The notes under the pieces are model-generated. The model did no database searches. It saw only the letters and a program-made list of their open reading frames with translations, and was not told the DNA's origin. The translations under genes and the position numbers were made by a program. 64,000 bases of DNA from Macrostomum hystrix (lineage: Eukaryota; Animalia; Platyhelminthes): positions 6,448,001-6,512,000 of the forward strand of contig CATNEN010000029.1 of the NCBI GenBank assembly GCA_950097015.1. The letters are read 5' to 3'. Positions 1 through 12,797 of this stretch are shown piece after piece. Position 1 is the stretch's first letter, and every line of letters begins with the position of its first letter.

Positions 1-240
1 GACTACCACTTATGCGCCAATATCGATTTTAGATTGTTCCTCCCCATCTACAAGCATATATTAGTCGCTTTCGTGGGTTTTTCAATCATCCTGGCTAGTG
101 AGCGTAGGAGCTAGATTTTTGTATTAAATTAAAAGGCAAAGGTCCCGTCTTGTCATTCAAATTTAAACATCTACGTTCTGCAGGTTGCAGGATAAGTCCT
201 AACGAAAAAGTATTCAAATCCGATTGCCTGGATACTGTTG

Positions 241-2904
241 ATGGCGGCAGACTTTGCCGACGATGGCAGCGGGTTCTCCTTATCACCGTTTTTCGACGAT
301 TCTATCAGCGAAGATATATTTGCCGAATTAAATGGATTCCAACTAAATGATCTGGAAAGCGGGCCCGAGCAACAACTGAACAAGCTGCAGCTTCACGAAC
401 CCCACCAGGAGCATGAGCAACATCAGCAACTGCTGTATCAACCGCAGCAGCATCATCAACACCATCAGGAACCTCAGAATCTGCAGCAGCTTGAGCATCA
501 GCAGCATCATCAACACCATCAGGAACCTCAGAATCTGCAGCGGCTTGAGCATCAGCAGCATCATCAACACCATCAGGAACCTCAGAATCTGCAGCAGCTT
601 GAGCATCAGCAGCATCATCAACACCATCAGGAACCTCAGAATCTGCAGCAGCTTGAGCATCAGCAGCATCATCAACACCATCAGGAACCTCAGAATCTGC
701 AGCAGCTTGAGCATCAGCAGCATCATCAACACCATCAGGAACCTCAGAATCTGCAGCAGCTTGAGCATCAGCAGCAGGAGCAGCTTCAGCGGTTGATAAT
801 GCCACCGCCGCCTCCTCCACCTCCACTTGCACAGTCATCTCAAAGGCTACAAAAAATTAATCAGCCGCAACAACTGCAACAACGGCGCTTACAAATACAG
901 CAGCAGCAACAGCCCCTGCAACACATGCAGCAGCAGCAAAAGCCCCTGCAGCACATTCAGCAGCAGCAACAGCCCCTGCAGCACATTCAGCAGCAGCAAC
1001 AGCCCCTGCAGCACATTCAGCAGCAGCAACAGCCCCTGCAACACATTCAGCAGCAGCAAAGCAAGATTCAACAGCAGCAGCTGATCCCGTCAATGCAACA
1101 ACAGCAGCAGCAACGGCCTGTGCAACAACAGCAGCATCAGCAGCATCAAGCACTTCAACCGCAGCAGCAGCAGCAGCAGCAACGTCCATTTCAAACGCAA
1201 CAGCAGCAGTGGCCACTTCAGCAACAGCAGCATCAGGAGCAACAAGCACTTCAACCGCAACAGCAGCAGCAGCAGCATCAGCAGCAACAAGCACGTCAAC
1301 CGCAGCAGCAGCAGTGGGCACTTCAACAACAGCAGCATCAGCAGCAACAAGCACTTCAACCGCAGCAGCAGCAGCAGCAACGTCCCCTTCAACCACAGCA
1401 GCAGCAGCTGCAGCGGGCACTTCAAACGCAGCTGCAGCAGCAGCAGCGGCCACTTCAACCGCAACAGCAGCAGCAGCAACGTCCGCTTCAACCGCAACAG
1501 CAGCAGCAGCAACGTCCGCTTCAACTGCATCAGCAGCAGCAGCAGCGGTTACTTCAACTGCATCAGCAGCAGCAGCAACTGCCATTTCAACCGCAACAGC
1601 AGCAGCAGCTATCAAACAGACAGGCCCATAGTTTCGAGCGAGCACTACGCACAGCCAGTGCAATTCAGCTCCCAGTGCATACAATGGCCTGTGAGTGAAC
1701 ATCATGGAACTTTGCCACTCATTTAAATTTATCAACCAAGAAGCAAAAGCTAGGACTTAGGGCACCAGATACTTCCTTCGCTTGTTTCTCCGGTTTTCTG
1801 TTTATTTTTTCAAAGGTACGAGCTTGTCATTTGATAATTACGAGAATTACAACTCACTGAGGTATTCATTTAACTTAATGCGATGCAGCCTGGAGCGATC
1901 AGCAGAAGCTGAGGTGGACGAAGACCATGCTGACACGGCACCTGCCGCAGCCAATTTCGCAGAGGCTGAAGGAGCAGCTGAAGCAGCTGAATCAGGAGTT
2001 ATGCCAACTGCAACCGCCGGGACGCAACAGCTTAGAGCAGCATATCCACGTTGTTGAGCACGTCATTGATCCCAGTGTTGCAAGGAAGCTCAAGTGTGAG
2101 CTGGACACCTGGCGATTTGGTTAGTTGTTTGGTTGCTGAACACCTGGATTTCGTCAGAAAAACTAACTGCTCTTTATTAAACTTTTTATCTGGCAAATTT
2201 TTCAGTTTCTGAAGCAATTCAAGCCAGGCAAAACAGCTTAAGACATGAGCCCATGCATGGTATTCACGGCAGGGGCGCTGGTGAGTTACCACGAGAACGG
2301 GATCGGGGATCCGGGATCGGGGATCCGGGATCGGGGATCCGGGATCGGGGATCCGGGATCGGGGATCCGGGATCGGGGATCCGGGATCGGGGATCCGGGA
2401 TCGGGGATCCGGGATCGGGGATCCGGGATCGGGGATCCGGGATCGGGGATCCGGGATCGGGGATCCGGGATCGGGGATCCGGGATCCACATAACTAATCA
2501 CTCGATTCCCTTGCCCCGCAATCCCAGGTGACCATCTCTGGGAGCACGTGCTTCGCCTGCTGATGGATAATAGCCCGACTGTAGCCTGGCTGAATCGCGA
2601 GGACGGCCTGTTTCTGTTCAAAGACAGCAGCGGAGCCGCTAGGTCCTGGGGCAATACGAAGAGCAACCAGAATATGAGCTTCGAGAAGATGAGCCGCTCG
2701 ATTCGCCAGTATTACAAGGAGGACGGGTCCGGCGTCATACAGAAGGCCACAGACAAGCCGAAGCTGCACTATCGCTTCAACATGACCCATCCTGATGTGG
2801 CTTCCTTCCTGGCTAGGAACTTTCGAGCAGTTTGCGAGCAGGACCCATTCCTGAGCTCGGTGCTCCGCGGTGCCTCAGTTCAAGACTTCTTTCAGGAGAG
2901 CTGA
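241..2904 (+). CDS. Q/H-rich ETS transcription factor with a divergent Pointed (PNT/SAM) domain, SPDEF/Ets98B-like; 4 exons: 241-1690, 1889-2119, 2206-2280, 2528-2904
   Basis: GT-AG introns (GTGAGT 1691, GTTAGT 2120, GTGAGT 2281) are all phase 1 and join into one frame. The last exon reads GDHLWEHVLRLL..WLNREDGLF..DSSGAARSWG..NMSFEKMSRSIRQYYK..LHYRF; SRSIRQYYK matches SPDEF as recalled. Exons 1-2 give TASAIQLPVHTMASWSDQQKLRW..LNQELCQL..KLKCELDTWR, similar to the SPDEF PNT domain. Confidence 0.85.
445..775 (+). repeat. Coding 54-bp tandem repeat (6 copies, HQQHHQHHQEPQNLQQLE) in ETS gene 1, followed by 30-bp repeats and polyQ tracts
   Basis: CAGAAT recurs at 475, 529, 583, 637, 691 and 745 (period 54). 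Confidence 0.95.
2298..2487 (+). repeat. 14-bp G-rich minisatellite (CGGGATCGGGGATC)n filling most of intron 3 of ETS gene 1
   Basis: About 13.5 perfect copies inside the 247-nt intron 2281-2527. Confidence 0.97.
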
Positions 2905-3099
2905 ATGGCCCGAAGAAATCAATGCTCTGGGGATCACTCGCCGTCATTTGCAGCCATTGATTGCATTATTTTACGATCAAAAAGGGCGGTTAAGTGGGCT
3001 GTCCCAAAAGTTGTGCACTTTTATAATTACTTTCGTTTCGGCGTTCTTGTGGTCCAGGTGATATGATTTCGTATACAGTATATTGAGTCCATAGGATAT

Positions 3100-3395
3100 G
3101 ATGGAGTTGTAGCCTGTTCGAGAGTCGGACTCCCGATTTGAAGGTCGGGGTTCGATTCCCGACTGCTTTAGCAAGACACTTTATTCTGCATTGCTTCAGT
3201 TCACCCAGCTGTTAAATGGGTACCAGCATTAGCTGGGGTAATGGGGGTGGGTATGGCGTCTTTCCTGTCCATGGACTGAACAGCCGTACGCAGCCTTCAG
3301 ATGCCCGGCGCAATAGCTGCGGCTGTGCTGTCGGCTGCACATCTGGCCTAATCAGGGCAGGTGTAATCAAATCGAATATTATTATATATAATAAG
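3100..3395 (+). mobile_element. tRNA-derived SINE, family A (CORE-like middle, structured 3' part, AT-rich tail)
   Basis: B-box GGTTCGATTCCC, then TTAGCAAGACACTTT..CCCAGCTGTTAAATGGGTACC, then GTCCATGGACTGAACAGCC..GCTGCGGCTGTGCTGTCGGCTGCACATC. The same blocks recur at 45150-45425, 45535-45782, 63515-63645 and 63865-64000. Confidence 0.85.
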
Positions 3396-4263
3396 AACGC
3401 CAGAACAAGAGTAGATATTAAAAGTGAGCAGTACTGCTGAGCCGAACCAACCCGCATTGTTTTGAACACTCTCTTTTGGAGAATATAAAATTCAAGGAGT
3501 ATTTCGCGTCATGCTCATTTGCCCGTATAATTAAACTCGTCCTGTTCAACGCTAAAAAAACAATTACCAGAAATCTGTTTACAAGCAAATAAGTGACTCA
3601 TTTATTATTTTTCACATAATATATTTTGTGTACTTGGAAAATTGTAAAACACTGTAAAGGTTTGCCATTTTGAAGGACTTCAACAAGCCCAAAATAAAGG
3701 GAATAATCGATTTTTTTATCTTTATGAATTGAAAGGCCTCTAAGCCATATGTTTTAAAGCTTTTAATTCAATTTGTTTCAAAAAGTAGACAACCAGTTAC
3801 ACTAATATGCAGCTGAAATTCAATGGATGACATGCTTATGTAGATATGATGATAGCTTATGCACCATCTGGGTGTGACATATTTAATAGAGACACAACAT
3901 CTCTGTGCAAGGAACATTTCGTGAACATTCAGAGTTGTTGCTGTCAAATTCACAGGCGTTTGGACTGAAAGAATTTACAAAAATATGAAGGCTGCCTAGA
4001 GAGAGTGTTATTAAAGAAGTACTGTGTGTATACGCTCGGAGTATGAGTATCGAGTTTAACTGAAACATATAGAATACTATACGGAGACTACAAATAGTAA
4101 AACTTTTGTAGTCTAAAGTCTCTCTTGAGTAAGGTCGAGTCTTGAAAAAAATGTTCATATACATCTAAGGTTTTTATTTTTCATGGCATTCGAAAATTGA
4201 ACAAAATATAAATACTTCAAATTCCGCATGAAGCTACTGATGTAGTAGTATAAACTGATAGTG

Positions 4264-4995
4264 TCAGTGACTGTCGCTCTCCCTGACGATACCTTGGTCC
4301 ACCAGCTTCTTGTAGTAGCCACCCGGGTGGTTCTTCATAAACTTTCTCACCTCCGGGTGCTCCAGGTTGAAGGCAAAGTGCAGCCGGCGCCCCTTCACGG
4401 GGTCGGCGATCATTGTGCGGAAGTACTTGTTGCCGTCCCGTATCCAGTAGTCACGAACGCAGCGGCTCATCTTCTCGTAGCTCATGTTCTCATTCTCCTT
4501 GTACTGGCCCCAGCGTCTCGCAGCCTGGTTCACGTCTGTGAACTTAAAAACACCCCGATTGCACAGCTGATCCTCCACCCAGGCTAAGCAGGTGTGCCCG
4601 TCCAGCAGGTCCTGCAGCAGGAACTGCCAAAGCAGCAGTTTACCTTTTCGACGCTTTTTGTAAGGCTCCGACGAGGCCGGGGGCTGATCTGGAGCTGCCG
4701 ATGATGAAGACGCAGAGCTGGGCCCGTTTTCCGAGTGATCCGGCTCACCTGACACTTCCTCGTCAAGCTTGCGTTTTCGCACCTGTTCCTCGAGTCCCGA
4801 CGGCTGCTGCTCGGAGGAAGTGAAGCACAATGTTAGGCAGGGCTGAGCGCTTGTTCTGAAGTTGATTTCAATGCCAGGACAAGTTTTTATTTTCCTAATT
4901 GGCATAAAAATTTCATTGCCATATCAAAATGTTAATTATTAAGCTGAGCTACTGTAGTATTAACATACTGCTGCTGCTGCTGTTGCTGCTGCTGT

Positions 4996-5027
<32 letters not shown>

Positions 5028-6902
5028 GTGGTGCTGCTGCTGGTTGTAGCTGGCTGCAGCAGGATCGTAGGATGAACCAGCCGGAAATAAAGTTATATAA
5101 CCAGCGGATTGAGACAGCATTGGCGTTGGGAACCTTGGCAGCTGCTGATACGAGTGACTACTAGAGTTTGGATTGTCGATCATCATCGATCCAACCTGTT
5201 CGGAATCCAATACTGTAAAGGGAATTTGTGTTATATATTTAACAACAACTTAGGTTAAATATTAATCTCAACAGCTGTGCTTTTTTGCGAAAAACATCAG
5301 CATAGTGAAGAATGAGTAAGAACGTGCAGTGCTATGCCAACATTTTCATGTTAAAATGGCAGTGAGTAATTCTTAGCACTAAGGCAATCCAGAAAGTCCA
5401 ATTTTAAAGCTACAGTTAAGTCTATGCAAAGTCTAGACAAGACGTCTTAGACACACATGGAACTATGCAAATGGATTAGTTAGTTTAATAAAGAATAAGC
5501 AGCAAGTAAGACGCAGCCATAAGTTTAAAGACATACGGCTGGCGCTGAGGATCTGGTATGCCTGCCCTGGAAAAGTAAGAAAATCTGAAATTAAGGTTTA
5601 GCGCACGGGCAGTGAGTGTATGTAGCGGCTTGGCCTATCAAATCCTCAATGGCACTCCCCAAATCCTCAGTAGTGGCACTCCCCAAATCCTCAGTAGTGG
5701 CACTCCCCAAATCCTCAGTAGTCCACTGCCCAAATCCTCAGTAGTGGCACTGCCCAAATCCTCAGTAGTGGTACTCCCCAAATCCTCAGTAGTGGCACTC
5801 CCCAAATCCTCAGTAGTGGCACTCCCCAAATCCTCAGTAGTGGCACTCTCCAAATCCTCAGTAGTGGTACTGCTCAAATCCTCAGTAGTGGCACTCCCCA
5901 AATCCTCAGTAGTGGCACTCCCCAAATCCTCAGTAGTGGCACTGCCCAAATCCTCAGTAGTGGCACTCTCCAAATCCTCAGTAGTGGTACTGCTCAAATC
6001 CTCAGTAGTGGCACTCCCCAAATCCTCAGTAGTGGCACTCCCCAAATCCTCAGTAGTGGCACTGCCCAAATCCTCAGTAGTGGCACTCTCCAAATCCTCA
6101 GTAGTGGTACTGCTCAAATCCTCAGTAGTGGCACTCCCCAAATCCTCAGTAGTGGCACTGCCCAAATCCTCAGTAGTGGCACTCCCCAAATCCTCAGTAG
6201 TGGCACTGCCCAAATCCTCAGTAGTGGCACTCCCCAAATCCTCAGTAGTGGCACTGCCCAAATCCTCAGTAGTGGCACTCCCCAAATCCTCAGTAGTGGT
6301 ACTGCTCAAATCCTCAGTAGTGGCACTCCCCAAATCCTCAGTAGTGGCACTGCCCAAATCCTCAGTAGTGGCACTCCCCAAATCCTCAGTAGTGGCACTC
6401 TCCAAATCCTCAGTAGTGGTACTGCTCAAATCCTCAGTAGTGGCACTCCCCAAATCCTCAGTAGTGGCACTGCCCAAATCCTCAGTAGTGGCACTCCCCA
6501 AATCCTCAGTAGTGGCACTGCCCAAATCCTCAGTAGTGGCACTCTCCAAATCCTCAGTAGTGGTACTGCTCAAATCCTCAGTAGTGGCACTCCCCAAATC
6601 CTCAGTAGTGGCACTCCCCAAATCCTCAGTAGTGGCACTCCCCAACCCCCCAAAAATCCTGCCTGTTGGAGTAGTTCCCCTTGATCACAATATGGGGATC
6701 AAAATCACGACACCGTAGGAAAGAAAGAACAAAATAGGTCAAGGGCAAAAAGTAGGAAGATAATGACGATTCACAACTCACAAACAGATTCTTCAAACTG
6801 CGGATCTGCGGACACCGCATCGACTCTGTCTAACCCAAGTGACTGCTCGTCTGTTTCAACCAGTTCACAGTTAGACAAGTCGACTGTCGGCTTTGTCTTC
6901 AT
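4264..6902 (-). CDS. Divergent ETS-domain transcription factor (no PNT domain seen); exons 6782-6902, 4969-5212, 4264-4855
   Basis: Exon lengths 121, 244 and 592 fit phase-1 and phase-2 GT-AG introns. The last exon reads LLLWQFLLQDLL..AWVED..RGVFKF..AARRWGQYKENENMSYEKMSRCVRDYW..RRLHFAF. The start codon is uncertain because the frame stays open upstream of 6902. Confidence 0.82.
5639..6645. repeat. 24-bp minisatellite (CCCAAATCCTCAGTAGTGGCACTC)n, ~42 copies, in intron 1 of ETS gene 2
   Basis: Direct periodicity; explains the spurious ORFs 5612-6718 and 5638-6645. Confidence 0.97.
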
Positions 6903-8369
6903 GCTGACGAGTACTGCTGTCGCATCGGTGAGGTTGCGATTAGCGATTACTTTTATTCTAAGCCAGCTGTAGCTAGGCCAATTCAGATAAAGCTTTCGAG
7001 CTATAACCGCCGGCAGTACGAATAATAAAGAAAAACATTAGAAAATGGAAGAAAGAGAAGCCATTGGTTGCAAGTTAGTAGATAGGCTATATGGCTATCT
7101 GTAGAGCATCCGATAAGACTACAATACACTGCTCCGAAGGTCGGCAGCGACCCCCTGGACACAGCAGTGCGCTAAGACCACCTCCCTACCTTTACTTGTC
7201 CTCTTTAGATCTGTCGGGTATTTTTTTTACCACAGAGATAGAGATATGGGGAGAGGGGTGAAGCCTGAGCGCAGTAGTATTTGGAAACGAGTGCGTTAAG
7301 TGTCAGTGCGGTGATACCCGGATGCCAGTTGCTAGCCATCCACTATGCGAGTATAAGCTACTTGAGCGTACTGAAATGCAGCGACTAATACTAGCCTTGA
7401 GCACATATACCAGTGCCCCGAGTCTGAGAATACCTGCATGCAGCTAATTATCTCAAGCTGATTGGTCTCTACACAACAGAATACAGACCCCACTAGAAGG
7501 CTATAGGGGGAGAGAGAACAGGCAAATTAATAAAGAAGTGGCAGATCCTTGTTGCTGAGAGAGCGAGCCCAATGCTTGTATAATTTCTAAATTATATAAT
7601 TATTTTCATTTGCTTCTCAGTATTTGAGTCATTCTCTAGGCCAATGCGGATGCGCAGACAGAAAGTCAGTTAGTCTGTAGAAACAGAACTAACTGCAGTC
7701 AATAATTTGTGACCTTTATGATAAAGCGATCTGGCGTGTCCCTTCAAAACTGTCGTGAGAATTAATTCTTAGAAATACGTATAAAGTGACAGATTACTCA
7801 ATCTTAACTAATTGCGGACAAAGTTTCTAACTTCGGGGGAGGCCAGAGACTAATTGTGTCATTTTGATTTCCCGTGCGAAGATGAGAATGTTGTGTTGTT
7901 TTGCTTTTTTATTTACCTACAAGAATAGACAAAGCAAAGACGCTAGCTAGGCGTAGCCAAATAAACAGCTGCTAGGGGTCTGCTGCTAAAAGTAATTCTT
8001 CATTATTGTTGTAAATATTTTTCCTGCGCGAACAATACTCAGCGCAATAGGCGCGGGCTCTCAAATAACATCAGGGTTAAAAAAAACTTAAGAGCTCACC
8101 CCATGTGCTTAGTGCAGATTCTTCTGAGAATAGTCTGAGAAACTCTAGGAGTTCAGCAATTAGAATATATCTTAGACCTCAACTTGAAATGCACTTTATT
8201 AGCTAATATTGTATATACGATGGTCTAGCTATTAGCATAAGCGAATGTAGCAGATATAGTAACAGCAGGGACAGACCATAGTATAGCAGTTATAATTTTA
8301 CTAGGATAATGGCGAGTTAGAGATGAAACTCTAGCTAGAATAGCCAGAATCGCATTTATGGGACCAAAG

Positions 8370-11300
8370 CTAGAATCGCAGCTAGAAACCATAGCTAGAA
8401 TCGCAGTTAGAAACCATAGATAGAATCGCAGCTAGAAACCATAGCTAGAATCGCAGCTAGAAACCATAGCTAGAATCGCAGTTAGAAACCATAGCTAGAA
8501 TCGCAGCTAGAAACCATAGCTAGAATCGCAGTTAGAAACCATAGCTAGAATCGCAGCTAGAAACCATAGCTAGAATCGCAGTTAGAAACCATAGCTAGAA
8601 TCGCAGTTAGAAACCATAGCTATAATCGCAGCAAGAAGCCGTAGCTAGAATCGCAGTTAGAAACCATAGCTAGAATTCGCAGCAAGAAGCCGTAGCTAGA
8701 ATCGCAGCTAGAAACCATAGCTAGAATCGCAGTTAGAAACCATAGCTAGAATCGCAGCTAGAAACCATAGCTAGAATCGCAGTTAGAAACCATAGCTAGA
8801 ATCGCAGCTAGAAACCATAGCTAGAATCGCAGTTAGAAACCATAGCTAGAATCGCAGTTAGAAACCATAGCTATAATCGCAGCAAGAAGCCGTAGCTAGA
8901 ATCGCAGTTAGAAACCATAGCTAGAATTCGCAGCAAGAAGCCGTAGCTAGAATCGCAGCTAGAAACCATAGCTAGAATCGCAGATAGAAACAATAGCTAG
9001 AATCGCAGTTAGAAACCATAGCTAGAATCGCAGCAAGAAGCCGTAGCTAGAATCGCAGTTAGAAACCATAGCTAGAATCGCAGTTAGAAACCATAGCTAG
9101 AATCGCAGCTAGACACCATAGCTAGAATCGCAGCTAGACACTATAGCTATAATCGCAGCCAGAAACCATATAGCTAGAATCGCAGCTAGAAACCATAGCT
9201 AGAATCGCAGCTAGAAACCATAGCTAGAATCGCAGCAAGAAGCCTTAGCTAGAATCGCTGTTAGAAACCATAGCAAGAATCGCAGCTAGAAACCATAGCT
9301 AGAATCGCAGCAAGAAACCATAGCTAGAATCGCAGCTAGACACCATAGCTAGAATCGCAGCTAGAAACCTTAGCTAGAATCGCAGCTGGAAACCATAGCT
9401 AGAATCGCAGCCAGAAACCATAGCTAGAATCGCAGCTAGAAACCATAGCTAGAATCGCAGCAAGAAGCCGTAGCTAGAATCGCAGTTAGAAACCATAGCT
9501 AGAATCGCAGTTAGAAACCATAGCTAGAATCGCAGCTAGACACCATAGCTAGAATCGCAGCTAGACACTATAGCTATAATCGCAGCCAGAAACCATATAG
9601 CTAGAATCGCAGCTAGAAACCATAGCTAGAATCGCAGCTAGAAACCATAGCTATAATCGCAGCAAGAAGCCGTAGCTAGAATCGCAGCCAGAAACCATAG
9701 CTAGAATCGCAGCTAGAAACCATAGCTAGAATCGCAGCAAGAAGCCGTAGCTAGAATCGCTGTTAGAAACCATAGCAAGAATCGCAGCTAGAAACCATAG
9801 CTAGAATCGCAGCAAGAAGCCGTAGCTAGAATCGCAGCTAGAAACCATAGCTAGAATCGCAGCTAGAAACCATAGCTAGAATCGCAGCTAGAAACCATAG
9901 CTAGAATCGCAGTTAGAAACCATAGCTAGAATCGCAGCAAGAAGCCGTAGCAAGAATCAGAGCTAGAAACCATAGCTAGAATCGCAGCTAGAAACCATAG
10001 CTAGAATCGCAGCTAGACACTATAGCTATAATCGCAGCCAGAAACCATATAGCTAGAATCGCAGCTAGAAACCATAGCTAGAATCGCAGCAAGAAGCCGT
10101 AGCTAGAATCGCAGCTAGAAACCATAGCTAGAATCGCAGCTAGAAACCATAGCTAGAATCGCAGCAAGAAACCATAGCTAGAATCGCAGCTAGAAACAGT
10201 AGCTAGAATCGCAGCTAGAAGCCGTAGCTAGAATCGCAGCAAGAAACCATAGCTAGAATCGCAACAAGAAGCCGTAGCTAGAATCGCAGCTAGAAACCTT
10301 AGCTAGAATCGCAGCTAGAAACCATAGCTAGAATCGCAGCAAGAAACCATAGCTAGAATCGCAGCTAGAAACCATAGCTAGAATCGCAGCAAGAAGCCGT
10401 AGCTAGAATCACAGCTAGAAACCATAGCTAGAATCGCAGCTAGAAACCATAGCTAGAATCGCAGCTAGAAACCATAGCTAGAATCGCAGCCAGAAACCAT
10501 AGCTAGAATCGCAGCTAGAAACCATAGCTAGAATCGCAGCTAGAAACCATAGCTAGAATCGCAGCTAGAAACCATAGCTAGAATCGCAGCAAGAAGCCGT
10601 AGCTAGAATCGCAGCTAGAAACCATAGCTATAATCGCAGCCAGAAACCATAGCTAGAATCGCAGCAAGAAATCATAGCTATAATCGCAGCCAGAAACCAT
10701 AGCTAGAATCGCAGCAAGAAACCATAGCTAGAATCGCAGCTAGAAACCATAGCTAGAATCGCAGCCAGAAACCATAGCTAGAATCGCAGCTAGACACCAT
10801 AGCTAGAATCGCAGCTAGAAACCATAGCTAGAATCGCAGCCAGAAACCATAGCTAGAATCGCAGCTAGAAACCATAGCTAGAATCGCAGCAAGAAGCCGT
10901 AGCTAGAATCGCAGCTAGAAACCATAGCTAGAATCGCAGCTAGAAACCATAGCTAGAATCGCAGTTAGAAACCATAGCTAGAATCGCAGCTGGAAACCAT
11001 AGCTAGAATCGCAGCTAGAAACCATAGCTAGAATCGCAGCAAGAAACCATAGCTAGAATCGCAGCTAGAAACCATAGCTAGAATCGCAGCAAGAAGCCGT
11101 AGCTAGAATCGCAGCTAGAAACCATAGCTAGAATCGCAGCTAGAAACCATAGCTAGAATCGCAGCTAGAAACCATAGCTAGAATCGCAGCCAGAAACCAT
11201 AGCTAGAATCGCAGCTAGAAACCATAGCTAGAATCGCAGCTAGAAACCATAGCTAGAATCGCAGCTAGAAACCATAGCTAGAATCGCAGCAAGAAGCCGT

Positions 11301-11815
11301 AGCTAGAATCGCAGCTAGAAACCATAGCTATAATCGCAGCCAGAAACCATAGCTAGAATCGCAGCAAGAAATCATAGCTATAATCGCAGCCAGAAACCAT
11401 AGCTAGAATCGCAGCAAGAAACCATAGCTAGAATCGCAGCTAGAAACCATAGCTAGAATCGCAGCCAGAAACCATAGCTAGAATCGCAGCTAGACACCAT
11501 AGCTAGAATCGCAGCTAGAAACCATAGCTAGAATCGCAGCCAGAAACCATAGCTAGAATCGCAGCTAGAAACCATAGCTAGAATCGCAGCAAGAAGCCGT
11601 AGCTAGAATCGCAGCTAGAAACCATAGCTAGAATCGCAGCTAGAAACCATAGCTAGAATCGCAGTTAGAAACCATAGCTAGAATCGCAGCTGGAAACCAT
11701 AGCTAGAATCGCAGCTAGACACCATAGCTAGAATCGCAGCTAGAAACCTTAGCTAGAATCGCAGCTGGAAACCATAGCTAGAATTGCAGCAAGAAGCCGT
11801 AGCAAGAATCAGAGC
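8370..11815. repeat. 25-bp satellite (TAGCTAGAATCGCAGCTAGAAACCA)n, ~3.4 kb, with a 700-bp higher-order duplication
   Basis: Direct periodicity. Rare variants recur 700 bp apart (TGGAAACCAT at 10991 and 11691; AGCAAGAAATCATAG near 10665 and 11365). Confidence 0.97.
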
Positions 11816-12207
11816 TAGTTGGGAGTGTTGTTATTTTGCTAATTGAAATCCTCATATTTTTGTAATTATTTACCATTTTGACATAATTTTATGCACCATA
11901 CTACTCGTGCGTAGAAGCACATATTAGTAATAAGGAGACAATAAAAAGGGAAAAGAGGAGAATTAAGGAAATAAGTCGAAACCTTTTTAACAAACGGGGA
12001 GAACTTTTATAATCGGAAAATAATTAAAATAAGATTTTTTGTAGGAATCTGGAAATAAATTTATTATGCAATGAAGCTAGTTTGAAATCAATGGAATGAA
12101 TTTGGCACTAGAGTTAGTTCTGATATTATAGAACTACTCCGGTTCATGGTTGCATGTGTACTGGTTCAGTGTTATCCAAACTGCTGTCAGTGAAAGTTTG
12201 GCATAAT

Positions 12208-12750
12208 TTATTTCGACTTGCTGCCACTAACTGGGCTGAAATACTTCAGCAGCTTCACACTGCGTCGTTTACGACCTAAAGGCGACGACGTAGATGCCGT
12301 TGCTATGGATGCGGTTGTCATGGAAGCGGTCGCTATTGAAGCCGTCGTCACGGTCGCTGTTGTCATGGCCAAGGTTGTGACAGTTGTTGTTACTGATGAT
12401 ATCGGCGTGGTTGCTAAGGGAGCTGCTACAATCGATGATGTTGCCATGGAGGATGCGGTTGCTAAGGACGCGCTACTAGTATGTTCGCTAGTTAACTGCC
12501 GTTGAGATGGTTGCCAGGTGAGTCCGGTCTGCTCCTCCGCGGCTTGGGCTGCGTCCTCGGCTGCCACCGACAAATCGCCAGTGTCCGCTTCGTGCCTGTC
12601 CAAAATGGAAGCGGCGCATCACAGACACTGCAGGCTTTCCTACAATGACCTACTACTCTTAATTCTGAAAACAGCTCGCCAAAATAACTCGAGATAACGC
12701 ACTCTAGCGGCACGTTGAAGACAACATCTTTGCTAGCTGTGAGTGGTGAC

Positions 12751-12797
<47 letters not shown>

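Noticed and set aside
305-1735. Antisense and alternative-frame ORFs (A/V-rich, L-rich) over the Q-rich exon
   Set aside because: Shadow ORFs of CAG-rich coding repeats.
3100-3175. tRNA genes at SINE heads (also near 24600, 36500, 45400 and 45550)
   Set aside because: A/B boxes are present, but there is no complete cloverleaf or acceptor stem, and each continues into a shared SINE body.
5612-6718. Long ORFs of 368 aa (+) and 335 aa (-)
   Set aside because: They are translations of a 24-bp repeat with no stop in those frames and lie inside an intron of ETS gene 2.
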